In this document: one piece after another, positions 41,887 through 56,322 of the stretch
How the letters are laid out: each line of letters starts with the position of its first letter
Numbering within the stretch: the first letter of the stretch is position 1
Assembly: GCA_012295275.1 (NCBI GenBank)
Contig: CM022671.1
Location: forward strand, 1,488,001-1,552,000
DNA from: Chrysomallon squamiferum
Lineage: Eukaryota; Animalia; Mollusca
DNA: 64,000 nt
Direction of reading: 5' to 3'
Program-made: the position numbers and the translations under genes
Notes under the pieces: model-generated
What the model was told of the DNA's origin: nothing
The model's database searches: none
Seen by the model: the letters and a program-made list of their open reading frames with translations, nothing else

Positions 41887-42347
41887 TTAATTTATTTATT
41901 TTATAATTTTTAATATTTGTATGTGTGTGTCTGTGCGTATAGAAATATGTACGGACGGAGAAAATATTAAAAAAAAAAAAAAAAAAAAATTAATTAAAAA
42001 ATAGTAAAAAAAATAAATAAATAAAATAAAATAAAATAAAATAAAATAAAATATCGTTGCCTCCCAAAAATGAGAGAAACACAACAAAATAGTAAAATAC
42101 ATAAAAACGAAGAAATAAATAATTAGCAGCAGTTATAACAACCACAATAAAACAATTCAAATAAACAATTCTAATATTATTTCTACTACTACTACTGTAA
42201 CTAGTTATGTTAGTACTGTTACTGCTATATCTTTGACCAGTAGCAATACTAATAATCCTGCTAACACTGTAACTAACACTAACACTAATCCATCTGTTAA
42301 TAAAAATAAAAATAATAATAAAAACAACAACAACAAAAAGACTCAGT

Positions 42348-42413
<66 letters not shown>

Positions 42414-43029
42414 AAGAACAACAACAACAACAAAAAAACAAAACAACAAGAAGAAGAAAACGAACAAGAAGACGCCATTACTTTCCCTGTATGATAAAAC
42501 GTATGATGTTAAAATGTATTGATCTTACTTTAACTACTTGCCTAGTAGGTCCAAATATAAATGAAAAAACTTTATTGAGACATGAATATTATAGAATATC
42601 AAATATTCACACAGGTGCGCACGCGCACACACACACGAACACACACACACACAAACATATGTATGTATGTATTTATTTACAATATTACGTAAAAGTAGAA
42701 AACAGTTAAAAGTGTAAGGGTTTTTTTTTTTTTTTTATTCAACAACAAGTCATTGTTAAATGCAGAACAGCACGTACCACTGACTTTGATAAACGATACA
42801 ACCTAAGAACGCTTTGAACAGTTTTAAACAGCAGTCCTGTTATATCTGTTTGTGTAGAATTTCTGGAACAAACAAACTTTTAGCCAAAGTTTTTCTTATA
42901 TCATTTTTTTTCTTTATTTTTTCTGCTTATCTTTTTCTTTCTCTTTTGCAAAAAATGTTTAATATTTATTTTAATTTAATTTAATTATTTGCTCAGAATC
43001 TATTTTTATTTATTTATTTATTTAATTTG

Positions 43030-43283
43030 TTTGTTTGTTTATTTGTTTATTTGTTTGTTTGTTTGTTCGTTTTTTACTTCTTTGTTTGTTTGTTTGTTTA
43101 TGTCTGTGTTTTTATGTGTATTATCTGAAAGATACAATTGATATGTCTGTTTCTAGTCCTTTTAGTAGAAATAATATTCCGGTTCGTATTTTTCCTCTAA
43201 ATAAACTCACTTCAGGATTTCTACTCAGAATCCTTTGACCGGCAAAACACCAAGTTCGTGTTTTAACCACTGAACTAAAGCCC
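43030..43283 (-). mobile_element. Possible degenerate tRNA-derived SINE
   Basis: Minus strand begins GGGCTTTAGTTCAGTGGTTAAAACAC (tRNA-like head, A-box TAGTTCAGTGG), has a decayed B-box-like GAGTAGAAATCC about 50 nt later, and ends in an (AAAC)n-like tail. No target-site duplication identified. Confidence 0.35.
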
Positions 43284-44063
43284 ACTACTTGAAACATGAG
43301 ACATCTTTTTTAATTTCTGTGTTAACTTCATCTTTAAATAGTTTTAATTTTCATATTTATCATAGAACAAAAGACTTTAGGTGAAAATAATTTATTCAAT
43401 ATATTATTTATTTATCTAAATTTTATCACTGTTATTGTAATGATTTATTTTTTTTGTCTGATTCATGATTTACCAAGGTAATAAATAGCTTTTAATTTTT
43501 AAAATATAGATAATAAATCTGCCAAATAAGTAATTGCACACGTAATACTATCCAGATAAATAAACATTTACTGAAGAATGCATTAAATTTTAATAGAGTT
43601 TAAAAAAATAAAATGAAAGAAATAATAATAAAAGTCATTCTACATTATTCTACTTTGTTTCATTTCCTACTTGTGTTCCACCTCACCGTTTGTTTCTGTT
43701 TTTATTTTTCTGTTTTAAATTCTTTTCAATGTTTTATCTCTCTCTATCTCGCTTTCTTTTGTTTTTTTTTTTTATCTGTCTACTTGTCTGTCTCTCTTTC
43801 TGTCTATCTACCTATCTGTCTCACCATTTAATTATCTGTCTGTTTGTACTTCTATCTATCTGTCTGTATGGCTGTCTGACTGTGATAATTTATATCTGTC
43901 TGTCCCTCTATGTACATATATGTGTGTGTGTGTATGTATGTGTCTCTCTGTTTGTCTGTCTGTCTAATTATATCCATATATCTATATATCTATTATCTGT
44001 CTATACAGAGTATGAACGTCTTTCTCTTTATATCTCTCAGTATAGATGTAGACTAGTATACTA

Positions 44064-44124
<61 letters not shown>

Positions 44125-44216
44125 CATACATAATACATACATACATACATACATACATACATACGTATATACAGACATACAGAATTCAAGATATGGTTTT
44201 AATTCATACATACATG

Positions 44217-44286
44217 GAGAATTCAAGATAGTGGTTTTAATTCATATATATATATATATGAATTAAAAGCACTGTCTTGAATTCTC
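44217..44286. repeat. 70-bp near-perfect palindrome with an (AT)n centre
   Basis: GAGAATTCAAGATAGTGGTTTTAATTCAT-(AT)n-ATGAATTAAAAGCACTGTCTTGAATTCTC; two mismatches between arms; an extra direct copy of the left arm at 44181-44208. Confidence 0.92.
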
Positions 44287-45023
44287 TGTTTTCCGTACAG
44301 TGTGTTCATGTGTTTACTTTTGTATCGCATCAGTGACGACATTCAGTCGATATTTTCAGTGTAGTAAAACACGTCTGAAATGCGTTACAAACTGAATTAA
44401 TCACTATTTGTTTAACCCATTTCATCATATTTTAATGTTAACTTTACTGGCAGTCAGTCGTGAATTATTTAAATAAAAATAACGGGTATGGGAAGAAAAA
44501 AAACCAAAGAGATTCTTTAGTCAATTTTTCAAATTGCAGTTTTGTTGATGTATCTGCGCCTTTTCCCATACGCAGTGACATCTATTCAGTCACCTTTGAT
44601 TAAAACCAGTCGCGGTGCAGTGGCTAGAATTGGAAATACTCCAATGAATATAAAACACAGGATTGATACCTAAAATAAACACACCTATAAATAAGCACTG
44701 TAGTCAGAGATGTCGACAAGAGAAATATAATGAACCAAAAAGTAAAGGTGTTAAATACTTTATTTTTGACGAAAGTTTTATTCATGCCTTAAGTAAAGGA
44801 AAGGAATGCTCACTTAATACTTGTGTTAATTAAGTGATAATTTGTTAATTAAATAATGATGTATGTGGAATAAATATATTAATTTAGTGATAATGTGTGG
44901 GAAAATATTCTGATCATGTTATATTGTAATAATTTAATCTTCGGTGGAGAGAAATCATTTTCTGGTTAACCTTTTATACTGTTTGTAGTTTTTGGAAGAG
45001 AACAAAGTAAAAGTTTACAAAGA

Positions 45024-45120
<97 letters not shown>

Positions 45121-45188
45121 CTTACTGCAATGGCATTATATAAATCTTCCTCTTAAGTTTTAAATGTTTGTACATAACAGTGTATATT

Positions 45189-45235
<47 letters not shown>

Positions 45236-45731
45236 TTGTGTGTGACTTCCCAAATAGAAACTGTTTTATATATTATAATTATTATCAAGCTCTGTACTTG
45301 TTTCAGTTTAAATGTATACATATATACTTATGTTCTATACTGTATAAATAACCACATACATACATACACACCCACAGTGTTATTTACGATATTGCGAGAA
45401 AGTAACAGCGACTTATAACAGTTTATCAACATTGACTGATAATAACGACTGTTACGGATGTAAAATCAACAGATCAATCTGAACACAAGATACACTGATT
45501 GCTTTCCGTTCACGCACGCAGTTAACACCTATCAACGGATAATCACAGGGATTAAGCGGATTACGCTGACAAGAGGCGGGTTTAACAGTTTATGACATGT
45601 AAGGTGTTAGTGACAGTAACTAGATTATGCAAAAATATCACAACATAATGATTGCTATTGAGTGTAAGTGTTGAGTATAACTATGTGTGCTTGTTGTTGT
45701 GTGTGATTATATATTTCTTTAGCTTAGTTTG

Positions 45732-45732
<1 letters not shown>

Positions 45733-45787
<55 letters not shown>

Positions 45788-45884
45788 TACATACATACAT
45801 ACATACATCCATCCATACATACATACATACATACATACATACATACATACATACATACATACATACATACATACATACATACAT

Positions 45885-45921
<37 letters not shown>

Positions 45922-45950
45922 TAAATACATACATATATACATACATACAA
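45733..45950. repeat. Compound (ATAC)n/(AC)n microsatellite
   Basis: Direct reading; source of the HTYI/MYVC ORFs. Confidence 0.95.
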
Positions 45951-46689
45951 AAATACAAACATACATTCATAGATGTATGTATGCATATATATATACTCAC
46001 ACATGTATGTATGTATGTCTGTATATGCGTGCTTGTGTATGTCTACATGCAAGCATTGATTAAGCAGTTTATTTAACAGCGTTGTTTTATTTATTTATTT
46101 TCTTCCTTGTCATTCACACGCTTATCTGTTTTGTAATACAATACCTGTCAGTAATTAATACCTGTAATTAATTACTCAGGTAAAACACATATTATATCAG
46201 TTACTAAATAAATAGTCTTAATTACGCTTCTAAAATGTGTTTTTTGACAGTTATCGGATTTGGTTTAATAAATAATTAAACATTTCTTTTGTTTTGTTTA
46301 GAAGTCCACGGAGTTTACTTTTATTTTTTTATTGTCTTATTTTTTATTTCATTTATTTATTTTGGTTTTTGGTTTGTTTAATTTCTGTTTATGTTTTGTT
46401 GGTCTTTGCCACGTATTATATTAATTAGTGTATAGTCATTGTTAGTATAAATATTATGCACAGCATAAATAAATTATTATTTTATTTTTGTTAATAATAA
46501 TAATGCAACATTTGTAAGTAAATAAATAATATTAATTATTTCTAACTTCAAATTTTGTTTAATGTTTGTTCTGGGTTTTATTCTTTTTCTTTTTCTTTTT
46601 CTTTTTCTTTTCTTTTGTTCATCCAGTTAAACTAATTAATCCTCGAACTAAATCAACTCAAAGTAAATTATCACTGTATCAGCTTCAAC

Positions 46690-46890
46690 AATCCCATCAT
46701 GCAGCGCGATACGAGTCTCGAGCCGGAATAATGTTATCTTAATCGGAATAAGATTTAGTCGTATTATCGCTAGATAAACTGACGTATCCTAGCCGCCCAT
46801 TCATGTACTCAACAAACAATCAATCGCAAATAAAAGCCTTATTTCTATTGGCTAATCTTAATCACGTCACCGTTGGTTACCCTTTTGTGT

Positions 46891-46923
<33 letters not shown>

Positions 46924-47150
46924 AAAGAAAAAAGAACGACGATAGAAGGGAAAAATACAGCCCGCTGTACTTTCACACAGAAATTCATTGCGCGTGTTAA
47001 GCGTCCTGCTAGGCTCGACACTACGTCTTTGAGTCGCGCGCGGAGCAATCGCGTCCACACAAACAACTCGACTCGACGACAATCGCCGCAGATTACGCGA
47101 GAACGTAACAGGAGCAGACAAGCAAGTGGGAGCAGTTATTAATGTGTCAA
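46690..47150. promoter_or_regulatory. Promoter-like CpG island downstream of fezf
   Basis: TGACGT ~46780, CCGCCC ~46793, ATTGG ~46847 and CACGTCA ~46863, followed by a CpG-dense tract at 46985-47110; no associated CDS seen. Confidence 0.3.
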
Positions 47151-47734
47151 GCCTATTAGGATGTTACGCCAAACCCTGACACCAAACCCCAACCCCTTCT
47201 CTTATTAACAGAGCCTGGGAACAAAAGCCAAACCGGGCCTCGTTCTGAATAAGCTGCGACTGACATTTTCGCTTCTTGTTGGCCGGGCGCTACCCCGCTG
47301 GTTCCAAAGTGTGAACTGAATCAAAAGAGTTTTTTTTTTTTTTTTTTTTACTAATTCTTTCTGGTTTTTTTGTGTGGATATCCCACCCGGGGGATCGGAG
47401 ATACAGAGTTCTTGTGAAGAACACCTTTCGGTGGTTGTTTCGAAAACAAAACATGTCATTTAGTGCCGTTCTTTAGCCCCTACGTGAGGTGTCAGAATTA
47501 CCGCATTACGTAATAATACTTACGAGAAATGTATAAATATGTTTAGTCATTTTCATTGTACACCGATCGATCGTTTCTGTGTGTGTGTGTGTCTAATACT
47601 GTTCTTTTATCATAACACTTATGTGTCACACCAGTAGATTTAAATTTAATTACAGTTATTACTATTATTATTATTATTATTATTATTATTGTTAATATTA
47701 TTATTGTGAATCAGCCGTAAAACTGATAATTTTA

Positions 47735-47955
<221 letters not shown>

Positions 47956-48015
47956 TTTATTATTTTGGGTATAATTATATGTTTGTATGTATATAAGTTT
48001 GAATGTTTATGAACG

Positions 48016-48227
48016 TACATATAGATATTTCCTTATGTTCATCACACAATAGATAGGTGTGTTTTTCTATTCACGCGTGACTGTTTAACTAGTAAATCTG
48101 AATAATTATCATTGATCGTATGTATGCGCTGTTCATTCGACCATCAATTGTCAGCCCATTTACTGAGAACACTTAACACTTTTACAAGTATTAACTGTCA
48201 TACGTACACATAGTACAGTACAGTTCT
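48016..48227 (+). repeat. Direct repeat copy 1 (~212 bp)
   Basis: TACATATAGATATTT...CACGCGTGACTGTTTAACTAG...TACAGTACAGTTCT is nearly identical to 48462-48672. Confidence 0.95.
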
Positions 48228-48266
48228 GACTGGGACTAACATTTGAATCGCTATGAAACTGGGTGA

Positions 48267-48365
<99 letters not shown>

Positions 48366-48461
48366 TGGGTATGAGTTTTACGTATGAAAGTATGTTTGTG
48401 ATACAATGTGAGTCATTTTTATATTCGCCTAAATCTGTCATATTATTTTACATTTATTAAA

Positions 48462-48672
48462 TACATATAGATATTTTCTTATGTTCATCACACAATAGAT
48501 AGGTGTGTTTTTCTATTCACGCGTGACTGTTTAACTAGTAAATCTGTATAATTATCATTGATCGTATGTATGCGCTGTTCATTCGACCATCAGTTGTCAG
48601 CCCATTTACTGAGTACACTGACACTTTTACAAGTATTAACTGTCATACGTACACATATTACAGTACAATTCT
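48462..48672 (+). repeat. Direct repeat copy 2 (~211 bp)
   Basis: About 8 differences from copy 1 by eye (substitutions and one 1-nt indel). Confidence 0.95.
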
Positions 48673-48791
48673 CTTGAGAAAATCGTGATCAGAAACCCGC
48701 ATCCACCAGCTGGGATTAGTAGTAACATCTGAACGCCAAGATACACTGTTTTCTTCTTACCTTCACTTGATACATATTTGAAACTATATAA

Positions 48792-48868
<77 letters not shown>

Positions 48869-49022
48869 CTCTCTATCTCTCAATCTTTGACTTTCAGTCT
48901 CTCTCTCAATCTCTCTCTGTCTCTCTCTCAGTCTCTCTCTCAATCTCTTTCTCTCTCTCTAATAAAAACATTTGTCGAAAAAAAAAAAATAATAATAATA
49001 ATAAAAAAGCAAAAACAAATAG

Positions 49023-49053
<31 letters not shown>

Positions 49054-49865
49054 GAATATTAATATTAACAATGGTCAAATGATTTAATTTCATTTTCCAT
49101 CTCGTCAACTCTGTGTTTTTCTGTTCTGTGTTACAGAGGATGTTTTATTTGTTTTATCGACTTCACGTCGCCCGTTCTGCACGTGTGTGCGGCGCGGGGC
49201 GGGGTCCCGTGGTTTGCGTGTCGTACTGCTGTATACTTGGCCGGCAGCCTGCTTGTTGCGACACGGAACAATCAAAGGCCTGGGTGAAAGTGGTAGGGGA
49301 ATAATTAGGTTTTTGTCGCCGCACTGTGCAGATATTTCTCGCGAACGACCTGCAAGATTTGGCATCAAAAATTCCTGACAATAAATCAAAGCCTTTTGAT
49401 CGCTGCTTGAAGAACAATGTTTCACGCAAAGCACGGCAATTGGCCACAGTGGATGTTGGGATTTTAAGAAGAAGTTGCACGAAATTCGATACTCCATCAA
49501 AACGTTTTTCTTTTGAAGCTTTGTGTTCGCGACTGGTTGTTTCGCTGTTTGACTGTTCTCTCAATTACTGACGCAGATGAAATTATCTGCATAAGAGCGA
49601 AATACAAAATTCTTTCAAAAAATGCCAATTTACCTCGGAGAGAACCAATCAGGAATTGTGGTGCTAAAAATCACACGCTTCGCAGCATCGTTTTCGTGTC
49701 CATCTGACCGAAATACATTTATACGACGAATTCTCGTGTAAACTGAGTAATATCACATCTTAATTATTTCATAGAATTTTTTTTTTTTTTTTTTTTTTTT
49801 TAAAAATACTCACTGATTTGAAAAATTTCTTCATCGTCAACATACCTACAGGATGTTTCATATGA

Positions 49866-49902
<37 letters not shown>

Positions 49903-51608
49903 TACACATACAAACATATACATAGAAATATATAGAGAAAGACAGACTGATAGACGTATAGACTAACAAATGGGTATCATATAAACTAATGTAATAATAA
50001 TTATATCAAAAAACAAACATGATGTAACTGATGGGCATAATTATGTACAAGCTTCTATTAAGAAAACTAAATTAAAAATTTTATTACAAAATTCTTGTAG
50101 TAGAAAAACAAATATCGAAAACGTATTTAATAAAATAAAATTTCTGTTTTCAGGAACAAAAGTCCAATAGCAATCATTAAAAATTACTGACGTACTCATT
50201 CTGATTTCTGTTTCTTTTTCTTCAACGACAACGATAAGCAATAAAGACAAATGAATATTTAAAACCACTTTTTGAACGTAGTCTTTTCCAAACAAAGCCA
50301 CAGCACCATATCGTCGCTTTGATATATTTTTATACGTTTATGGGCAGGCGATACGGCAGCGTTCAATAAAAGAGAATTTCAATTGAAGCATTTCGCCATT
50401 ATTGTACGTCTTTATTACCAATAATTGTTGATCTTCGCTTTAGCTGCGGTACTACTAATTTTTCAGTCTTCCGTTAAATGTTTCGGATTGTGATTTTTGC
50501 TAATACCTTTCTTTTCCGAATCGATGCGGGGACAAAGACAGGGGCTTGGTCCCGCACAATCAGAATATCCCAGCGTTTGTTTCCTCTGATTGTATATTAA
50601 CCGTAAATGTTTACATACCTAACAGATGGTTTTTCGATAAAGGACAATCCACATAAAAGTGAGTTTGTTTTTGCATCCGAGCTGCTCTTGTAATTGGTTT
50701 TACGACAGCCATAAAGGGGTCTATACACTGCTCTGTATAAACACCAAGTCGCCAGTTGCCGGTTCATTGAACAAAATTTTGCGATTTAATTTAAATTCGT
50801 GTATCGTTTTCGTTCCTAGTATCGATCCAAATTTTTTATTATTATATATTTTTTTTTTTTTTGTATCGGATTTGACGGTCAAGTTCGACAATGGCAGAAA
50901 TGATGAGAAAAGATCAACCAGTACCGTCTCTTGTTTTCACACCAACGTAGCAAATGTGCATCAAAGGTGTATTTATTTATTTTTTTCACAAATTCTGGAA
51001 TTGCTTTTAACCGGAACGCACCCGAATGACATCCAAATACAGCACTAAACCTGACATTTTTTTTTTTTTTTTTTTTTCTCTGTAATAATAAACCTTATTC
51101 TCTAGGGTGCATGGTTTTTCCAACTGAGTTCTCTCGTAGAGTTTGCTCATATACACTGATTTTTGTTTTGTGTCAACCTAATTTAGACAACCATTGACAT
51201 GTATAATGAGGACTGATGTTGTGAAACACATCGCTGTCAGAACTGGGTTGAAGCACAAAGCGCTATTTTCACCGTGTAAGGCAAATACAACGACAGGTTT
51301 TCATAAACAGATAAAAGATATTGGTTTACCCTGCAACCAGGATCCATTAACAGAAATTTACAAAACTGTCGGATCTTATAATGACTGTTTAAAAAGGTCG
51401 AGTAACTGTTTTTTCGAAAACCCGAAGTTTTGTTATTAATTTGTTTGACAAGTAATATTAAATTTGTATGAAAAACGTCCATGTGAAAATGTGTGATAAA
51501 GTTTTGTTTTCAGAATTATGATGTTTATTAAAAGTAAATAGCAAGTTTGATAATTATGATGTGTAACGAATCCAGACGATACAGTACAATAAGATACGAC
51601 AAGACTGA

Positions 51609-51658
<50 letters not shown>

Positions 51659-51707
51659 TATCATCATCATCACCGTCACTGCTATTGTTTTACACACACA
51701 CAACTAT

Positions 51708-51740
<33 letters not shown>

Positions 51741-54700
51741 ACACACACACACACATATAAGAAGAAGAAGAAAATAATTCTATAAAGAGACTAAGAGATT
51801 AAAAAAAACGATTACGTTCAAGAATTAACTGGACTTCTCGAGTTATCGATGTGTGAAAATATACTTGATCCCGCCTTATTATTTATTAACTAATTAATCG
51901 ATAATTATCGCTATTGCTTTTGCTCAACCATTAATTAAAATGTAACGCTACAAGCTTATAAAGAACTGTTATGAAAGCGGCGAGGTCGTTAATCTGTCGT
52001 CTGCTTTGAATCATCACCTGAAATCCGATAGCGCGAGATCGCACGCGCCGCTGTGAAACATTACTTAATTGTTTTTCGCGGACAATCGGCGAAATCTCGC
52101 GGCTTCGAGAGGTTGCGCGCGAGACGTTAGATTAATACGCCAGCGACCTTCTCGACTCAATCTGTTATCTGTCTTTAAGGGTTAATGGTGGAGATAGCTT
52201 AATCGCATCAAATCATTCAACGCTTCAGTTTTAACTTGATTCTCCCAAGTCGTAAATCTTTTTTTATTTTTAAAACTTTTTCTTCGTTTTTCAATTGGAA
52301 GCCGTCGAAACGGCTCTGTGACTGTTCTCCCAAGAGACAGCCATTTTTTTTTTTTTTTTCCTTTTTGACCCCCCCCCATCTTCCGATCAGACGTTAAGTG
52401 GTTCAGTATGGCCGAGTTCATTTTTAAATCGTGTCAAATCCCTGTTAACAAATTTTCCTTTCAGTCCACACATTGAATTAATTACATGAAATTAATTTTT
52501 CTCCGATAAACATCAGATATAACATAGCGAGTGCATCGTTGGCTGACAATGAACGAAGGATGCCAAATGGCCCTGTTGGAAAGATTAGTATATAAATATC
52601 TGCGAATTCCAAAAGGATTAGAGAGGAAACTCGTTTATCTCATGGGAATGGGACATGTTAAATTCGAACTGAATTTATTTTTATACAATTACACCCAAAA
52701 AATCTGAGAAATAAAGAAAAGATGAATGAATGAATGGATGAAGAAAAATTTAAATAAATAAATAAACACAAATAACAAAGTCATGTTCAGTTAATCAGTT
52801 AATCGATAAAAATAATTATGATAAATAATTTAGATATATTTTAAAATTATAAAGTATTTAAAATAAAAAATGACAGAAAGTAAAATTATTATCACCATCA
52901 TCAACATTATCATCATGATCATTAATATTATCGTAAATGTTATTTAATAACAACAACAACAACAACAGCAATAACAGTAATGATAATAACCCAACATATA
53001 TAACAAAATAACATCTGTGAATTAAGTCGAATAGATTACTTAATACAGCGTGTGTTTTAAAATACTCCACATCACTGTCAAGATGTCAGTATCATTATTG
53101 CATTTATATTACTAAAGTCAACTCATTTTATGAAATCAAAATGGTTAAAAACAGCTGACCATGCCTTTTAAATATGCCATATTATACTTTGAAAAAGGCA
53201 TAAAACAAAATTTACGACTGCTGCCGTAAAACATATGAATGCTATTTTCTAAAGAACTGATCCTTTTAGCGGTTTGAAATCGTTCATTTGTAGTAGTATG
53301 ACAAAACCCATTAACTTTCTGAGCGTAAAAAGAAGGGAGACTCGATGGAAAGTAGTGTTTGTTCGTTTATCTGTTACTGCTTCGTATCACCTGTGTTTAA
53401 CTTTGACGAGACGCAGAGACAGAGAGAGAGCTGTCGTCGAGTCCAGTCCCCCATCCCAGCACGCCCCCCCATCCCAGCAGCACGCCCCCCACCCCAGCCC
53501 GCCCCGAGGCATCGGAGAAAACGACGTACGAGTTCGTCGCTTCACTGCCCTTGAATGGGAACTCTTTAGCGCAGGTGTGAATAAAAAAACTTCATTCAGT
53601 TGTCTTCAGTCGTGTCTACACGCTGGCGGAGAATGGCTTTTTTCTTCTTCTGTTGTTGTTATTATTCTGTAGATGGACGAAAATGACAAGCGAAGTAAAC
53701 TCCAGGAGTAAATAACCCGTCATCTTTCAGAACGGTTCACTCGAGAATTTAATTAGCAACGAGCGGATTGTTGGTAGTTTTTTTTACAATCCTCTAAACA
53801 CGAATGTGCCCCTCCCTAAGCCAATTCACGATTCAGCATTTTGCCAGCTAACGCAAACAGACGCATACAAAAACGGAAAAAGAAACAGACTATTTAAAAT
53901 ACTCATACAAATAATAACTGTATAAACATTTTAAATGCGTCCCGGCCTTTTCTTTAAATGAAACACTTTCTGTTGAAATCTGTAAATGATTTGTTTGAGA
54001 TTTCCTACGTCTGACTGCTCTTGTGTGAGTTTCAAAAAGACAGACGAATGCGTTTTTTTTTGTTTGCTTGTATTTGTATTTTTCACTTTATTACTTCAGG
54101 GTCGCTGAATTCTTTTTTGTATAAAATGTGTGTTGTGTATTAATGTTAATAAATTCATAAATGTTCTTCTGTTAAAATCGCGGGTTTGTTTAAATACTTA
54201 ACACGATTAGACGTAAACCTGCGTCTTTCAGTGGGCGACTGTGAAATATTTTATTTTATTTTTTTAATATCCTTTTAATTTGTATTGAAATTGTGTAAAT
54301 GGATCTGCCATAAGTCTAACTCTCCTTCTCTCACTCTCTCATTCAATCTATCTTTGTCTGATTCAAAATAATAATAATTTAATAGTAGTCTAATAATAAT
54401 AATAATAATAATAATAATAGTAATAATAATAATAATAGTAATAATAATAATCATCATTACCATAATGCATTAATAATAACATGAAAACAAAATGATTATT
54501 TAAATATTATTTGTTATTTCGTCCATAAAAAAACCCCACATAATTACCTTGATGTTCAGAAATTATTTTATTAGGAATTATTACTGTCATTGTTGCTGTT
54601 ATTGTTATTATTATTACGTGTTATTTTGTTATTTATCTTCTTTTCTTTTTCTTTCTTATTTCTTCTTTCTTAATTAATTAATTAATTAATTTATTATTTA

Positions 54701-55382
54701 TTTATTTAGTGAGTTAATTTATTTTTGTTTTAAGGAAATATACTCATATTTTTATTTTTTTACCTTTATCTGTGTAATTTATCGCTATTTCTGTTTCTCA
54801 GTTTATTATTTCTTTTAGCTTGTCTGCTTGCTGTGACTCTCTATATATTTATCTGTCTAGGAAATAAAAACAAATGCAACAAATAATAATAATAATAACA
54901 ATAATAACAATAATAATAATAATAACAACAACAACAACAACAATAATAACATAATAACAATAACAATAATAATAACAATAATAATAACTACAATAACAAT
55001 AATTTTAAAATACTATCATTAGACGCACTCTGATACTTTTCTCATTTTTCTTGTTTTTTCAGCGACCACGTAGTACAGCACACCTGCAAATCACTGAATG
55101 GACGACACACCCATTGTTTTCACCCCCTTCTGACTCTCCCTCCCTCCACTAACCCCCCAAAAAAACACCCATTGAGACATCACAGCAGTTCCAAATGTCA
55201 CTTATTGATACAAAAATTACATGAGCGAGTGAGCAAACGTTTGCACTACAATTACGGCAATGTAGGTAACAACAGGTGACCAGAAAACAAGCAGCCAGGT
55301 AGAACATCGTAAACGACTCATCTATCCCCGGGTAACAAGCAGTCACATTTTCACACTTGTAGTTTTCTAGAAAGAATGAAGA

Positions 55383-55422
<40 letters not shown>

Positions 55423-55578
55423 CTTGTTGTTGTTAAAGTATGTGTAAAAGAAGGAGAAGAAGAAGAAGAAGAAGAAATGCGATTGATGAAGATATCTTTC
55501 AAAATAAAGGATTCAACTTACAGTGTAATTGTGATACAGTTTGGCAACGAATGCCTTGATTAAAAGTTATAGACTCTC

Positions 55579-55672
<94 letters not shown>

Positions 55673-56264
55673 ATCTGTAGCTTTTTGAAACGATAAACAA
55701 AGATTTATCGTAAAAATTATTTATTTTAAAATCGATCGCTTAATATTTTTCTAGAGTTCTTCATTTATCTTACACCAAATTTTATTGTACTGATAACAAA
55801 GATGATACAATAATAATTATTATTTTCTGTATGTTATTTGTAATTCCTAACACATTGTAAACCTTTTTACATTTAGCATATCTAATACGTATTATCTAAA
55901 ATTATATTAGACATAAGTATTATGAATTAGCTATTACAGTTACTTTTTTAGAATGAGCCATCATACTCTTTAAGAAATTAATATTTTATCATTAAAAATA
56001 TAAAAAAGAAAAAATATTCTAATTTATTTCAGTGCTGAAATATACATGTTGTGAGAAAAAAAAAATAATTCAGTAAAATTAAATTGATAAAAATTAATAA
56101 TAAAACGTATCTCTCTATTTTTATTTTTGTTTTGTTCTTTGTTTGTTTGTTTGTTTGTTTGTTTATTAATTAATTAATTAATTTTATTTTTATTTTATTT
56201 TATTTTTAATTAACTTTTTTATGTACCTGAAATAATAAATAGTATTTACATAATTTGTTTTCTG

Positions 56265-56322
<58 letters not shown>

